This document shows positions 26,266 through 40,000 of a stretch of DNA of 55,921 nucleotides, one piece after another. The stretch is from positions 3,754,887 to 3,810,807 of the forward strand of contig NW_003314266.1 of NCBI RefSeq assembly GCF_000143415.4, read 5' to 3'. Below the pieces are notes generated by a model. It searched no databases. It had not been told where the DNA came from and worked only from the letters and a program-made list of their open reading frames with translations. The translations under genes were made by a program, and so were the position numbers. How positions within the stretch are numbered: the stretch's first letter is position 1; each line of letters starts with the position of its first letter. This DNA comes from Selaginella moellendorffii (lineage: Eukaryota; Plantae; Lycopodiophyta).

Positions 26266-27239
26266 TTGCCGATGGAGTCTCCAAGCCATCCTAATTTATT
26301 TGCCGAAGTCCTTGCAAAAATCCAATCTGAGAATACCGAGTTGAAGGCGACCCTTCTTTGCATGCAACAGGAGCTTGCTTCACTTTCGGCTCAAGGAAGC
26401 AAAGTTCCTGAACTGAAGGTGAGTTTCCCAGCGAAATTTTCAGGCAAGCATTCAAAGCTTCACAAATTCCTGAACCAGATGGAGCTGATCTTTGCACTTC
26501 AACATCAGCAGTACCCCACTCCCGAGTCTCAAATCAGCGCGATTGGGACGTTGCTCGAAGGTGCAACTTTGTCATGGTTTTCTCCTCTCTTGGAGAAGAG
26601 CATGAAAGGGGTTGTGGTTCCGGAGCTGATGGATTTTCAATTGTTCAAAGAGAAGCTCGAAGCATGTTTTGGTGAGATGGATCGGGTTCGGATTGCCACC
26701 ACAAAGATAAGACATCTCTCTCAGGGGTCTCGTCCTGCCTCTATCTATGCTGTAGAGTTCCAACTCCTTGCCTTGGACACTCAGTGGGATGAGCGGCCCT
26801 GATTGATCAATTTTGTTTCGGCCTAAACAACGGTGTTAAGGATTTGTTGCTCACCATGGAGGATCCCACGGACTTGTTAGACGCCATCAACAAAGCTGTT
26901 CAATGCGACAATTGTCTCTTTGAATGTCGTCAGGAAAGTCACTACGCCGCTGTTTTCCCGTCTTAGACTCAGGAATCCCCACTTGAGTCTTCGAGGCATA
27001 CTCCTGAACCTACTGCTCCGGTCCCGATGGATATTTCTAGTACTCCCCGACTCATCAGAGGGAAGTTGAGTCCTACTGAGAAGCAACGTCAAATATCTCA
27101 TAATCTTTGCCTCTACCGTGCTGATCCTAATCACAAAGCAGCTGTGTGTCCCAAGAAGCCTCCCCGACTGCTCGAGTTCACTCTACCTCGAGGTCCACCT
27201 TTGTTGCAGTCAGGAAATGACCCTGTCCAAATAGAGTAG
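26266..27239 (+). pseudogene. Ty3/Gypsy gag (PEG10/Tf1-like capsid with decayed zinc knuckle)
   Basis: PAKFSG...FLNQMELIF...LLEGATLSWF...LSQGSRPASIYAVEF; GPMDI-like segment; LCLYRADPNHKAAVC. Frameshifted. Confidence 0.9.
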
Positions 27240-27250
27240 GAGCTGTCTGT

Positions 27251-29487
27251 TTGGACTTCCTGAATAAAAATCACTTTTCTTTTTTATCAAGCTCCTCACC
27301 ACCTTTTATCAAAGCCACCACCAATTCCTGCAACTTCCGCATCCCATGTCTCCTTTCTTTCACTGGACAATCAAGACTCAAGGCTCTGGCGCTATTGGAC
27401 TTGGGTGCAACTTCTTGCTTCATGGACACGGACTTTGCTGCCCGACATCACGTTCCTCTTTCTTCTACCATAAGGGATCTGATGGTTGAAGGCATCAATA
27501 GGCATTTTGTGTCTCCATCTTCTAGACTTAGGGAAACGTTGCCTGTTCGAGTACACATCGGGTCCACCGTCACCGATATCGCCTTCAACATCATTAACAG
27601 CAAGTTCTCCTCTGTGGTGCTCGGTCTTCCTTGGTTCCAACTACACCAGCCTCAAATCTATTAGAAGGAATTATAGCTTGTCTCTCCCACGTCACCATCT
27701 CCCTTGGCTTCCCCTGCTGTTCATCGAGTCCGAATCAGGAAAAGTTCCCTAAACTCAAATCAGGGTTTTGTTCCTAACTCTATGACGTTTTCACCCTCTT
27801 CTTTTTCCTCTCTTGCATCTTACACTAGACAGTATCCTTGTCTCATCATTCCATTTAGTCATATGCCTTCTCCACAATCACTATGAAAGAACTCCTTCAT
27901 GAAGAACCTATTTTCCTTTTTGCTTTGCATGTTTCTCCTGTCAGCCTTCTTGAGAAGTATCATGATTTTGGGGATATGTTTGACAAGAAAAAAGCTAATG
28001 TACTGCCTGTTCATCAGCCTTATAATTGTCCCATTGATTTACAGGAAGGAGTGTCACCTCCGTGGGGGCCTATCTACAAGTTATCCCCATTCGAGCTTCC
28101 TCAAAGAGTATGTGGATAAGAACCTTGCCTCGAGGTACATTCAACATTCGCAGTCCCCGGCTGGAGCGCCTGTCTTTTCTGTCAAGAAGAAAGATAAGAG
28201 TTTGCGGCTAGGCATCGACTACCAAGGTTTGAATAAGGTGATTGTTTGGAATTGTTATCTGCTGCCCTTGATCTCGGACCTGTTGGAATGCCTCAATGGT
28301 GCCTGCTTCTTCACCAAGATCAACCTCCATGGAGCATACAACCTGATCCAGATCTGGCTTGGTGATGAATGGAAGATTGCATTTCGAACCCGCTATGGCC
28401 ACTTTGAGTACACTGTCATGCCATTTGGCTTGACAAATGCTCCAATAGTTTTCCAACACATGGCGAACGACATCTTTCAGGAGTTTCTTGATCAGATGGT
28501 GATCATTTACCTTGATGACATCCTCATCTACTCAAAAACTCAAGAGGAGCATGACGAGCATGTGCGCAAGGTGCTAGTGAAGTTGCAGGAACACGGCCTA
28601 TATGCAAAGCTTGAGAAATGTTCCTTCGATCAGGAGTTTGTGGAGTTCCTTGGGTACATTTTCACTCTTGAGGGTATCACGATGGATCCTACCAAAGTCA
28701 AGACTATTCTCGAATGGGAGCCTCCACAATCAATGTCGGACGTTCAGGTTTTCTTTGGCTTCGCCAACTTCTACCGCAAATTCATTGATCACTACTCTGA
28801 CATTATCCTTCCTCTCACACATCTCACTCGCAAGGATGTTCCCTTCTCTTGGTCTGTTGTTGCCCAGCAGGCCTTTGACACACTCAAGGCGGCCTTTAGT
28901 TCTACTCTTGTCTTGATCCACGCTAATCCCTCACAACCTTTCTTCATTGAGGCTAATGCCTTCGACTTTGCCATCGGTGCTGTGCTGTCTCAACTTGGAG
29001 CGAATCAGGAATTTCATCCGATCGCTTTCCATTCTTGGAAATTCCAACTTGCGGAGATCAATTACAAAATCCACAACAAGGAGCTACTTGCCATCGTGGA
29101 TTCCTTTGGAGAGTGGCATCGTTTCTTGGAGGGGCGGGCCATCAAACAACGGTCTGGACGGATCACAAAAATGTTGAGTACTTTGCCAATTCTCAATTTT
29201 TGAGCCGTCGTCAGGCAAGGTGGGCACAATTGCTGAGTCAGTTTGACTTTGTTATCAAGTACAGACTTGGAAAGCTTCAAGACCTTCCTGATGCTCTTTC
29301 AAGGCGCTCCTATCTTAGTCTCAGGTCTGGTAATCCTGCCTTCGATCAACAAGATTAGGTTATCCTTAGCCCTGATTGGCTTCAAGTTATGGCAATTTCC
29401 CTGGCCCCTCAGGACTCCTCCTTGATGGATGTGATCAGAAATGATCTTCAATCCGATGACCTTGTTAGCGACATTTTCCCCCGATTC
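27251..29487 (+). pseudogene. Ty3/Gypsy pol (protease, RT, RNase H), truncated before integrase
   Basis: ALLDLGA, VLGLPW, MPFGLTNAP, YLDD, ANAFDFAIGAVL, DHKN, RRQARWA, DALSR. Abuts a family-B LTR at ~29484. Confidence 0.92.
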
Positions 29488-30563
29488 CGGACTTAGGGCT
29501 TACTAGCCCCGAGAATGGCATCCATGCCACTCAAACTTTACACTTGGTCCAAGTGCTCCACATGTCCGATCCCATGATCAACGCCCAAAGGTACCACCGA
29601 CATATCAGCCCGTTATCCTAAGGCTATACCCATTCACCTTTCCAACACCACCTGTATCACAGTCCTATCTCTCAAAGACTAGGCCATCCATCCACGAGTG
29701 AACATCCCTTAACCACGCCTTAGCACCTTTAGAATGCCTAGAGATATAAAGAACACCCTTCCCCAATGTCCCTTTTTCCATCCCTACCAAGTCCTTCTTC
29801 ATCCACGGCCATGTTTGCCAACACTGCCACTGAGTCAAGGCCCAAAGGCTTGACCATTAAGTCCCTTCCTCACTATGTGACTGTATCCTTGGTCACTACT
29901 CTAAAGCTCTATTTCGTTAAAGTGGGATTTATTCAGTAAAATGGGACTAGGTACAAATTTTCAAGTATTTGAAAATGACGTGAAATTATATGTTTTTTGT
30001 CCAGGGGCTAGACATATCTGGGGCATGGTGACTAGCGCAGTGACTTTATGTCCAGACTGAGTCCATCTGGTTGTATAATAAATCTCATTGTCAAGGTGAA
30101 CAAGCCGAATCTGAAGCTAAAGAAGAGCGATGGCATGCGCGCACACACTATTTGTTTGTTCATTGAGCGTGTGGTGAGCTTTCCAAGATGAACGTCATTC
30201 CTATTAGCCAGACATATAACTTAATGGTGAGAACATTTAGATATTATTCAATGTTATCTTTTTCTAATGAATCTAATTGTGAAGGTGTAGCAAGAGGCAT
30301 TGCTAGTCTGGAGAAGTCATTTAACTCATTTGACCCTTAGTGTATTTTCATGAAACTAAATAACATTCATATTATTAAGGAATTTCTCTAGTACCTTTTT
30401 TTTACGACATAGAGGCTTGCATTTCTTTCAAAGGTGATTTAGTAAAAGGCCTGAGGGCACATGCTATTCTATTTCTCAGACCGGTATTAAGATATACTAG
30501 TGCAAAGGGAAAAAGGTATTTAGTGATCAAGTAAATGGCATGAGGGCACACGCCATTATAAGC

Positions 30564-30923
30564 CTAAGCGCTAGTGGACACCTCCTTTTTGGTACTCTCA
30601 GCGGTACTATCATCCTTCTCCGGGTCAGTTGTTTTGCTTTGGATTGTTGTCTCTGACGTTACTTGGGCATTCTCGATAGTTGTTAATATTGCCGTTTGTT
30701 CAGAAAAATGATCACCTGGAGTATAGTACAGGGAGTTTGGAAGACTTATATATTCTACATCTTCACCTATCTCCTTCTCCGTCTCCTTTTCTGCCTCACT
30801 TACAGATTTTGTGCTTGCCATGAGAATGCTCTTCACCCTAAAATATGGAGTTCGTTGTGTTATAAAAGGAAACCAACACACACGCTGCAAGGGAATGATG
30901 GTACATAAAGCACGTAAGCCCAC
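30564..30923 (-). CDS. Possible small third ORF or exon of the Sola-like element, unknown function
   Basis: 119-aa S/T/E-rich ORF downstream of the transposase, with no motif recognised. Confidence 0.3.
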   Translation of the reverse strand: MGLRALCTIIPLQRVCWFPFITQRTPYFRVKSILMASTKSVSEAEKETEKEIGEDVEYISLPNSLYYTPGDHFSEQTAILTTIENAQVTSETTIQSKTTDPEKDDSTAESTKKEVSTSA

Positions 30924-31029
30924 AATATGGGTTTATGTGCCATTAATATGGGCCACACGCCATATTATTAGATTTATGCACGTGTGATTGGTAAATGCAT
31001 ATGTCACATCATCTCAGGCCACATGCCAT

Positions 31030-34000
31030 CACGCCTCCTCTGATTCAGATTCGGATTGTTCACCTTGAAATAAAATACATTAGAAACTTAGTAAAGGAAT
31101 ATTAATGAATCTCACCTTGAACCCGGGTTATAAATGCTCTTGCTGCATCTCTTGCATGGTCTAGCAAGGTGATGGTGGCACTCTGCTTCCGCATCCAACC
31201 ATGCACAACATTATCCACCGATATGCTCATGCTGGGATCCCTTGGATTCAGCACCCATCTCTTTTCTAGGCAATCCTTCGTATATCTGGAACTTGGCTTG
31301 AACCACTCCACAGTTACATTGAAGGAGTTAGTTTCCGTGTCCTCCTCTACATCAGTGATGCAGCGCCCCACCCATATCATTTGTTTTTTATTACTGGGTC
31401 TGACAAGCACGACAATTCCTTTGCAGACCTATACTGGATTGAATGCTGAATCCGGCTTCTTGTTCCTCGGCCCACAATAGTGATCCTCAACATCGTTATC
31501 TGTCACTGCATTTCCAGAGGACATTGTTCCGCTACTATCTGGTGCTCTGGGTTCTGGCCAAAAGGACTCTTCCAATTCTTCATATACAACCGACCCATTT
31601 TGGATAGCAGATATAATCTTCTCCCAGTATTCGAGCAAAGGCTTGCACCTCTGAAAATAGAATTCTCCACCAAACACCAACCCCCTCTTCCAGAAGGCAA
31701 TATGCTGTCTAATCCCGGCCACTATACTTTCCTGGTCTTTGAGTCCATCCGGGTGCATCGGCCGTGGGGAACCCTGAGGAATCATAGGTTCCCCAGTTAT
31801 GGGATCTCTCTTGAAGAGTTCAATGCCGTCCACTGGCAGCCACACTGTGTCCCATTCTCTCATCTTGTACCTCATCACTGGAGCACCGTCACGCATGCTA
31901 AAATGAAACTGAAGAGGCTTGGAGTGGCCAATCAGCGTTTCGGATCCGTCCCTGATGTAGCCTCTTACAAACCCCTTAAAGTCTGGAACCTCTGTCAGAA
32001 GTGCAGCTTCAACAGTGCCTTTGATGCAATTTTGGAATTCATCGTAGAGTTGTGGGAGGGTGAGGACATTGGATCGCTGGAGGGACTCTGCCAGGTGACT
32101 GAACATGGCATCGACGTCTTCATGAGTGTGCCCAACCATGAGAAAGCCAAGTGTAACCGTTTCAAATATGCCTTTGGCAACAAGCATCGCCAAGTACGCG
32201 AAGACGTACATGTTTTTGTTCTCACTGCCAGCATTGTCTGTTTGGAGCAGAAGATGGGGTGGAAGGCCACATCGGCCGCAAGAACTTCCTTGAGATTCTG
32301 CTTCGTTTGGATGAGGCTGTGCATTCACCGGGTGACCAACCTCGTCGGAATGGCATGAGGCCTCACGTGATAACCCTACAATCTGACGGCCAACATATTC
32401 ACTAGGATGGCATGGGGCCCCACGCGATACTGCAAGCCTTTGCTCCTCCTCCAGCTGAACCCTGTATGGGGTTCGATCGACAAGGGCCTTATGCAAGGGT
32501 TGGCCGTTCAGCTCAGTCTGCGCACTTTGCAGAGACCTTAAGTGTTTTGCTAGGGACGCAATCATCATGTTTGCACCCCCGCCACCCCATAGAGGTACAA
32601 AGAAGTTCCCATAGTTCTGGGCACCATGCCCATGAGCGATTATGCCAAACAAAGACACAGGCAGTTGCATGGATGAAGAGATTGCCTTGGGGGCAGGATT
32701 GAGTCGAGGTAAGCACGTTTTTTTCTGGTCCATTTTGTCGTGGATGATGCAGAGGTAAGAGTCAGGTCTCTCCATGGAGAGAATCCTGTTATGATAATAT
32801 GCAGTCCTGCAGCTTCTTTGCTCGATGTTGTGGTCGAGCCACCTTCTAACCAACGTCTCTCACTCTTGAGCGCTGCAAGAATTCTTCGACAAAGCCATTT
32901 TGATAGCAGTGCACTCGTCACACTTTGAAAAGCTGGAGTACTTTCCTATACTCACATCCCTGAACCTGTTGCTCCACAATCTATTAAATCTAGATTGGCT
33001 CAACTTCCTGTAGCCATTACTCTGGAGTTCCCGATTCACATCTTCCAATATGGCCCCCTTGGTATACATGGAAGGGAGAACTTGTTAGGTGTCTCGTGTT
33101 CCATCTTCCAAGAGGCGGGTTTTATGTGGTTGCTGCTCGCTACATGTCTCGACAAACCTCTTGAAGATTGCCTCTCCATATACAACATGACCCCTGGTTT
33201 TGTGCGTACCGTCGTTCCCATGGACTGCCTGTTGAACCCTTTATTCCTCGAACTCAGTTTTGATTCTGTAGAATGTGGTTCGAGGGACTCCATAAATGAT
33301 TCTCCATGCCTTCATGCAGACCAAACCCCTCTGGAAGACCATGCCCCCCACCTGATGTTCTGAAGCATCAACAGATGACCGTAATGCCTCATACACAAAA
33401 TTGCGAGCTGCCTTCCAGGACAATGTCTTGTATCTTGCTCTCTCCTCTTCAATAGCATCCCAATCAGCATGTTGACAGCACCTCCTCTTGCAACAAGCAA
33501 CTGTCGAGACCATTCGAACCTCCATCGCCATTTTCTGCCTTTTCGGTTCGTTGCTCAGATCCCTTTGGCTGCGCTTTAGGAAGGTGTACTTTCTTTTCCC
33601 ATGAAGAGATGTTCTGTCATTAGTTGTAGTGGTGTTTGATTGTGAATCCTTCACATTCTCAAACACTAAGTGCCTCAATTTCCACCGCACAATGCTTCCA
33701 ATAGTCAGACTGTTTTCTTCTGTGTCAACAACCTCTAAAATCGCAACTCCAATATCATCCCAGCCCAATTCTTGATTAACAACCGCATCTCTTGGATCGA
33801 CAATTGTGGCTAAGCCCTCAGCTACCACCTCCCCCTCGGGGTTGTTTATAAACACCTTTGCCTGAATCCATGTAGCACGGTTCTTAAGATCCACGGAGGG
33901 AACATGCGTCGCACTTGCGCTGTCCCTAACATCTGCTTTCTTCTGAAGATTTTTCAAGGCAACAACAACATTTACCCCGACGACCATCTCTCCTCGTTCA

Positions 34001-34170
34001 ATAGCGACCACATTCCCATCGAAGACAGTCTTTACTGATACAGCAGCATTGCCTTCCCCAAGCCTTTGACAGTGTATAACAAAGTTCCGATCCATAGACA
34101 CAAGGGTCCTTTTTGCAACTCTCTTCCCACCATTCAAAATGTAAACCTTTTCCCCAACCTTGAAGGCCAT
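31030..34170 (-). pseudogene. Sola-like DDD transposase (~1,000 aa) with four in-frame premature stops
   Basis: ORFs 33241-34170, 32860-33069, 31429-32853 and 31102-31410 share one frame. Motifs: CCKRRCC, VCMKAWRIIYGV, FSKCDEC, IIHDKMDQ, QTDNAGSENKN, FLMVGHTHEDVDAMFS. A 52-nt GT-AG intron precedes the last exon. Confidence 0.85.
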
Positions 34171-35029
34171 TCTGAAAGTGCAGAAAAGAAGTTAAGACCA
34201 TACAAAAAATGATTGGAGAATGGCCTAAATCATAACATACCAAACAACCTCAATAGCATAAGGCCACATGCCATTATTCAAACATGCTATTGACACCCAC
34301 GTGAAATTTTGCATTCACAAAATTGGCATGAGGCCTCATGCCATCTTGATATACACACAGCTGCAGGCAAGTAAAAACATACATGACAATACGTTAGCCA
34401 TGAAATTGCAAGGGCCCAAGATGGCATGTGGCCTCATGCCATTTCTAAATGTGGTCCTAAGCCATTCCATGGTGAACATACCAGGAAGCACAAGTGCCGA
34501 ATATCAAGAGGAAGCGGTAGCCACACCAAAGACAGTGCCACTCGCAACACCGCAACTACTCGTAGCGCCGCTCGCAACACCGCAACTGCTCATAGCGCCG
34601 CTCGCACAAACTGCCACTCGCATAAACTGCCGCCCGCAATGGCGCTCGCAATGCCGCAACCGCTCGTAGACGCATAAACCACAGCCCACAACGCCGCTTA
34701 CACAAGCAGCGCTCACTGCGCTCAGCGGAACCAAGAACACGGCGCACAAAAATGATAGACCTAGGAATGAGTTCGAGAATTCAAAAATAACACACGCTTG
34801 AATGTCACATCAAATCCTCTGACAAACCAGATCTTATGACTCCTTTGACAAATTTCAAACTGAGTAGCTTCTAGACTTTGCTGTCGGAGGTTGAACTTTG
34901 TCACATCATGTCCTTGCCTCGATCCAGCTGTGCCATGTCAGTGATTCGAACTTTGCCATGCCATGTTAGCGATCCGCGCCAAGATTATTCGCCGTGTAAA
35001 GGAATAATTATGCTCTGTGTATATGTCCA

Positions 35030-36380
35030 TTTATGGCAATATAAGGCCACACGCCATTCAAAGAATAATGCTAGTCGAGCATTTTTTGGTGCATTTTTGG
35101 GTTCAAAATTGCATGAGCCCACACGTTATAAAGTTTACCTGTACCAAAAATAGAAACAGCTTTATTTACTTGGGAATTTAAGTGGTTGAGGCATTTTTAA
35201 ACTTACAAACACATGCCCTACTTACATTCCTTTGGTTGCTTAAAATTCAAAAATATTATAAACCTTTCTTTTTGCATTTTCAATGTTTTCAATTATGGTT
35301 TTTGATTTTCGCAGGACCAGCCTAGTAATCTATTTGCATCCCGTCATGTTTATAGCTAGCTTTTGTTTGTCCCCTTCGCTAGCCTGAGATACATCTGCTC
35401 GGCATCTGCCTCTTACAGCATTTGCCCAGAAAGGGCATCTTTCTTCACGCAGCATTTGCCACATGTTTAGGGTTTAGGGTTTAGCAATTCAGTAGCTTGA
35501 TAAACATGCAAATACAGAACTTGATGCAAAATCCTATGATATGTCACAATGCCCCTAGGACCATAAACACATTTCAATAGAGAGGGTCCTTTCATTTCAT
35601 AACTCCTTACGTAGATCTTGGTGAAACCAGAGTTAGTGAAGTTAGTTTCTTGTGATCCCGCATCTGATTGTGATGTCCCTTTGCAGTGTCGATGGAAAGG
35701 TCAATGCACACCAAACTGTAAAATCTTGGAGCAAAATAACGGTCGGATCTATGGCAAATGCCCCTGAAACATTGTAAGGCTTGTGTGGTCTCATGTGGTG
35801 TCCGATCGAGATGCTTCTTTGCAGGGTCATCAAGAAAGACATTGTATACCATTCTGTAAAATTTAGTTGCGATCTAACGGTTGAATCTCCAGAAAACTCA
35901 AAAAAATCTCGCGCGTGTCAGAATATCCTAGGAATATACTCCTATGTGCCTCTGAAAATGGCATGCGGCCCCTCGCCATTCAAAAGATAACGCCAGATGA
36001 CGCCGAGAATTTTTTGGTGCATTTTTTGGGTTCAAAATTGCAGGAGCCCACACGCTATAAAGTTTATCTTTGCCAAATAGAGAAAAGTTTATCTGTGTCA
36101 TGTGAGGTAGTTACAGTCCTTTGTGCTCGGCATCTGCCTCTTGCAACATTTGCACTGAAAGGGAATTTTTCTCCATTCAGCATTTGGCCCTGAAAATGGC
36201 ATGCGCCCACACGCCATTCAAGGAATAACGCCATAGGACGCCTGGATTTTTGGGTTTAAAATGTTTAAGGTTTTTTGGGTTTTTTCAAAATATTTTGGGT
36301 CCAACGTTTTTTGGGTTTCTTTGGTTCAAAATTGCATGAGCCCACACGCTATAATATTGATTTGAGAGAAAAATAGAAAC
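35030..36380. repeat. Three ~130-bp dispersed repeats in the divergent intergenic region of the Sola-like element
   Basis: Units near 35033, 35958 and 36196 share a palindrome (partial in the first), then ATTCAAA/GGA.TAA, then GGTTCAAAATTGCA.GAGCCCACACG.TATAA. Confidence 0.8.
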
Positions 36381-37066
36381 AGATAGAATTTCTTTATTTA
36401 GCTGAACATCTGCCATTTTTGGAAATACAAGATGCTTTGGAATATCCAATCATGCATGGTATAAATATAGCGAGGGTATTAAATGATATCCCAATCATGA
36501 TCTTTCTTTTGGATTTCGCGTGCATGCAGTTCGAGGAATGATGACGTTGCGGATTTCTTTTGGATTTTGCGTGCTTGCATGCGCGCGGCAATCCAGAAAT
36601 TAATGGTGGCGCCCAAGTCCGAGGAATGATGACGTGGCGGGATTACCAACCGTTGTGACATTTCGCGCGTGTGAGGTTAGGTTTTGCATTTTGCTTCATA
36701 CTCGCACTCGCGCTCGCACATTCGCACTCGCGCTCGCATCACACTCGCGCTCCTGCTCGCATCGCGCTCCCACTCGTGATCACGCTCACTTCTCTACAGG
36801 TTTCTCGTGTGCATCGGCATCCATTCGCGCTTGCACCACACTCGCGCTCGCATCGCGCTTGTGTGCATCGGCGTCCACTTCAAGACACACCCAGTTTGTA
36901 ACTTCGCCGCCAACTCCGCCGCCCACTCCGCCACCCACACGCAGCCCACTTGGCGTCCCGGGAGATTTCAGCGCCACTCTCCAACTATAAGTGGCAGAGT
37001 AGCCTTGCTGCTACGATCCGCTGCACACACAGTGCACATTCGCCAGCGAGTCCGGCCTCGATTGTC

Positions 37067-40000
37067 ATGGCCTCCATTCGGCTTCAAATGGTAAGTCTTT
37101 TAGGCCAAGTAGAAAATGGCATGAGGTCACATGCCATTCAGTAGCAACATTGGCATGCACCGATTGGGCTCTCGAGTGCAGTCCGGTTACAGATGGTGTG
37201 TAGCCTCACGCCATCTTAGGATGCAGCCTCAAGACATCTGATGCAGTGGTGAATGGCGTGTGGCCTCACATTATTTCCAGCTGCTAGCTTTTCATCTGTC
37301 AGCTCTAATTGTTGTGCATTTCTGAATAGGTGAGGAATTGCGTTCTTCTTCCAGCCACTGTCAATGTGGATGCAGAGAAGGGGGAGGAGCTCACCAGTTG
37401 GACTTTCGGGATGGAAGGCGAGGATCTGATGCTATACAACACAGATGGTGGGAGAAAAGAATGCATGGGGATCCTCATCCAAGTGACAGACACTCCATGC
37501 AGTTCCATGCAAGAATATGGACTGGCACTTGTGGTAGAGACAGCGTCCGCCTTCAAGATCCACCTTGCACATCCTAGCGGCTTCCCGGAGGGGGGCAGCG
37601 GCTATGAGGAATTCCTAGAGGGAGCTAGGGAGAGGTTGTCCAGGAGGCCCACAATTTCAAAGACGCTGCGGGTCTATGAAGATCACATGGAATCCACGGA
37701 CCTCACCTACGGCGATGTTCAAAAACTATATTCCAACATTGAGCCGTTGAGAGTGCCTCCAGTTCGCGAAGCGAAGGGGAAGGGGGTCGATCTGGAAACT
37801 ACCCCGAAGCAGAAAAGGGTGGTCAAGCTCAAGCCGACGTCCGACTCTGCTGCTCCAAAAAAGAAGCTACTCGGTGATGCCATTGCCTCGGGTTCGAACA
37901 CTACACCCACCAAAAAGAAGAGCCGCAAAGAGCAGAAAGAGCAAGAAGAGGCAGCAAAAATCGTCGTAGATAATAGTACTTGTTACTATTCCAACAAAGT
38001 ATATACAATCGACGTGAGCCGTATCGACATCCAAAGCAAATACAACCACAGGCTAGTATCTGATGAGTGGGTGGAGAAACTGAAGCAGAAGATGCTGGCA
38101 AGTCCAGTAACACCCGACATCGCAGACGTGATCCCCTACTACCAAACAATGAAGGGCGAGACGAGGTTTCCAAACTTGATCAATAGGAAGGTGTTGGACG
38201 ATCAGAACATCCGGTTCTATGCCGTCTCCGGGCAGCATTCTAGCTTGGCGATGCAAGAGATAGTTCTGGATATTATGGTGGGCGAGGAGGTGAAGAAAGT
38301 CTTCAAGACAAGAGTTGTCCGCCTGATAAAAGGCAACTCGCCCCTCCGATCTATCATATCCATCTCCCACGCGCAGAATGTCAAGCAAGAAACGTGCTAC
38401 AAATCGGGTCTGCACGAGACATTGGCACGAACACGGAAGCTCTGGGTTCAACTGAAGAAGCCACAAAAACCAGGACAAGGATGTGCACTAGCAACTAGCG
38501 CCTGGCAGGTAAGCCTCGTTGCATGTGGCATAGCATGTGGCCTCACACCATTTCCATTGCAGGAATTCTCGAGTCTTCTCTCGAAAACACTGGGGGTCAA
38601 TGACACACTCAGCATCCATAACATTCTACTCGCGACAAAAGTTGTTTTTGACAAATGGGTAGATGTGCTGAGGAGGTACCATGACGGGGAGTTGCTAAAC
38701 TCAATGGGTGTGGAGGACGGCTGGAAGCCCAATGATTTGAAGCTCAACGCCTTGCGTTTCTCGCGGTCTCTAGACGACGACGACCTTCTGACAGTGGCTA
38801 ATGCTCTTCTACGTGGTGAGGTAGTCTTCAACAAGACCAAAATGACTCCCGGCCATATTGTGACATACGAGGACTTGTGCACGACTCTGAGAGCTCGTGC
38901 GCTATTGAAGGATTGAATCTTCGAGCAAGTGGCCGTGGAGAGGGTGAGCATCGACACCACGCAAGAGATGATGGAAGAGCTGGACTTGTCAAATGAAGAC
39001 ATCGACGAGTACGTGAAGGGGGCCCCCAAGTTCATCGATCTGCTGCGGGATGCCACGAAAAGTAAAGCTGAGAAGTTGGATCAGTATCAAAATTTCATTA
39101 AGAGGGATGTCGACGGCCGGCTTCAGAAACAGCTCGACCCCGCAGCAGAGGCCTATCGAGAACCTTACCGGGTATACGTGAATTCGGATGAGGATCAAAG
39201 GTGGAGGAGCATCGTTTCCCGCGGAGATGAGCAGGTCAAGAACAACTTTTGTGTGATGGACTTCACAAACGAAGAGATCACTCATGCAGACGAAGTCAGC
39301 TCCATCATTGACTTAATGGTGGGACTTGCGGAGGTGGAATCTTCAGTCCACTATATGATCTACGACTCCGAATCCTATCACAAGTTCTGGAAGGCCTTGA
39401 ACGAGGTGAAGGCTCGGTTGAAAGGCAAGGAGATGCAGGAGATCCATGGGATAATGGCTAAGAAGAAGATACCGACGAATGTCCGCATCTTCACACTCGC
39501 CCTTGTTATTGGTCCTGTAGTAGAGTGGGACTGGAGTGACTTCCCAGCTTCGTTCGACAAGGCCGATCGAATTGATCTGAGGGAGGTCAATTTACCCGTG
39601 CCTGAGGAACTGAAGACGGCTATGGAGCTTTCGAATCCAGAGAAAGCTCCAGGTGCAGCATGGGAAATGCTCAGCTGGGTCTTCAACGCAATAGCGGGTG
39701 ACACCAAGGGCAAATGTGTTGTCGAGTACAACTGCGGCGGACTATTCTTTCGAGCCGCACTACTCAAGGGTGTCCCGTGTGTTGCGGTGACAAACTCCAT
39801 TGAAGAGGTGACTTCAATGGAGCATATAATTACAGTTGCCAAAGAAAAACAGTATCTTCTCTGCGAACCTGGTGAGTACGCACTTTAAGTTTAAATGTTA
39901 TCTCACAAGCTCTGTATGCAGGAGCGTGGCCACCCCCAGATGTTGAAACGGCGTTAACAGCTACTGATGTTAGGCCGAGCTCACAACCTGCACAAGGTAA

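Noticed and set aside
29514-29530. ATGGCATCCATGCCA in family-B LTRs as further copies of the Sola palindrome
   Set aside because: It lacks the 6-bp spacer and is a fixed LTR feature, so it was not counted.
31480-32358. 292-aa plus-strand ORF and other long antisense ORFs (38448-39056, 39378-39842)
   Set aside because: Antisense shadows of the transposase and cargo genes, with no motifs.
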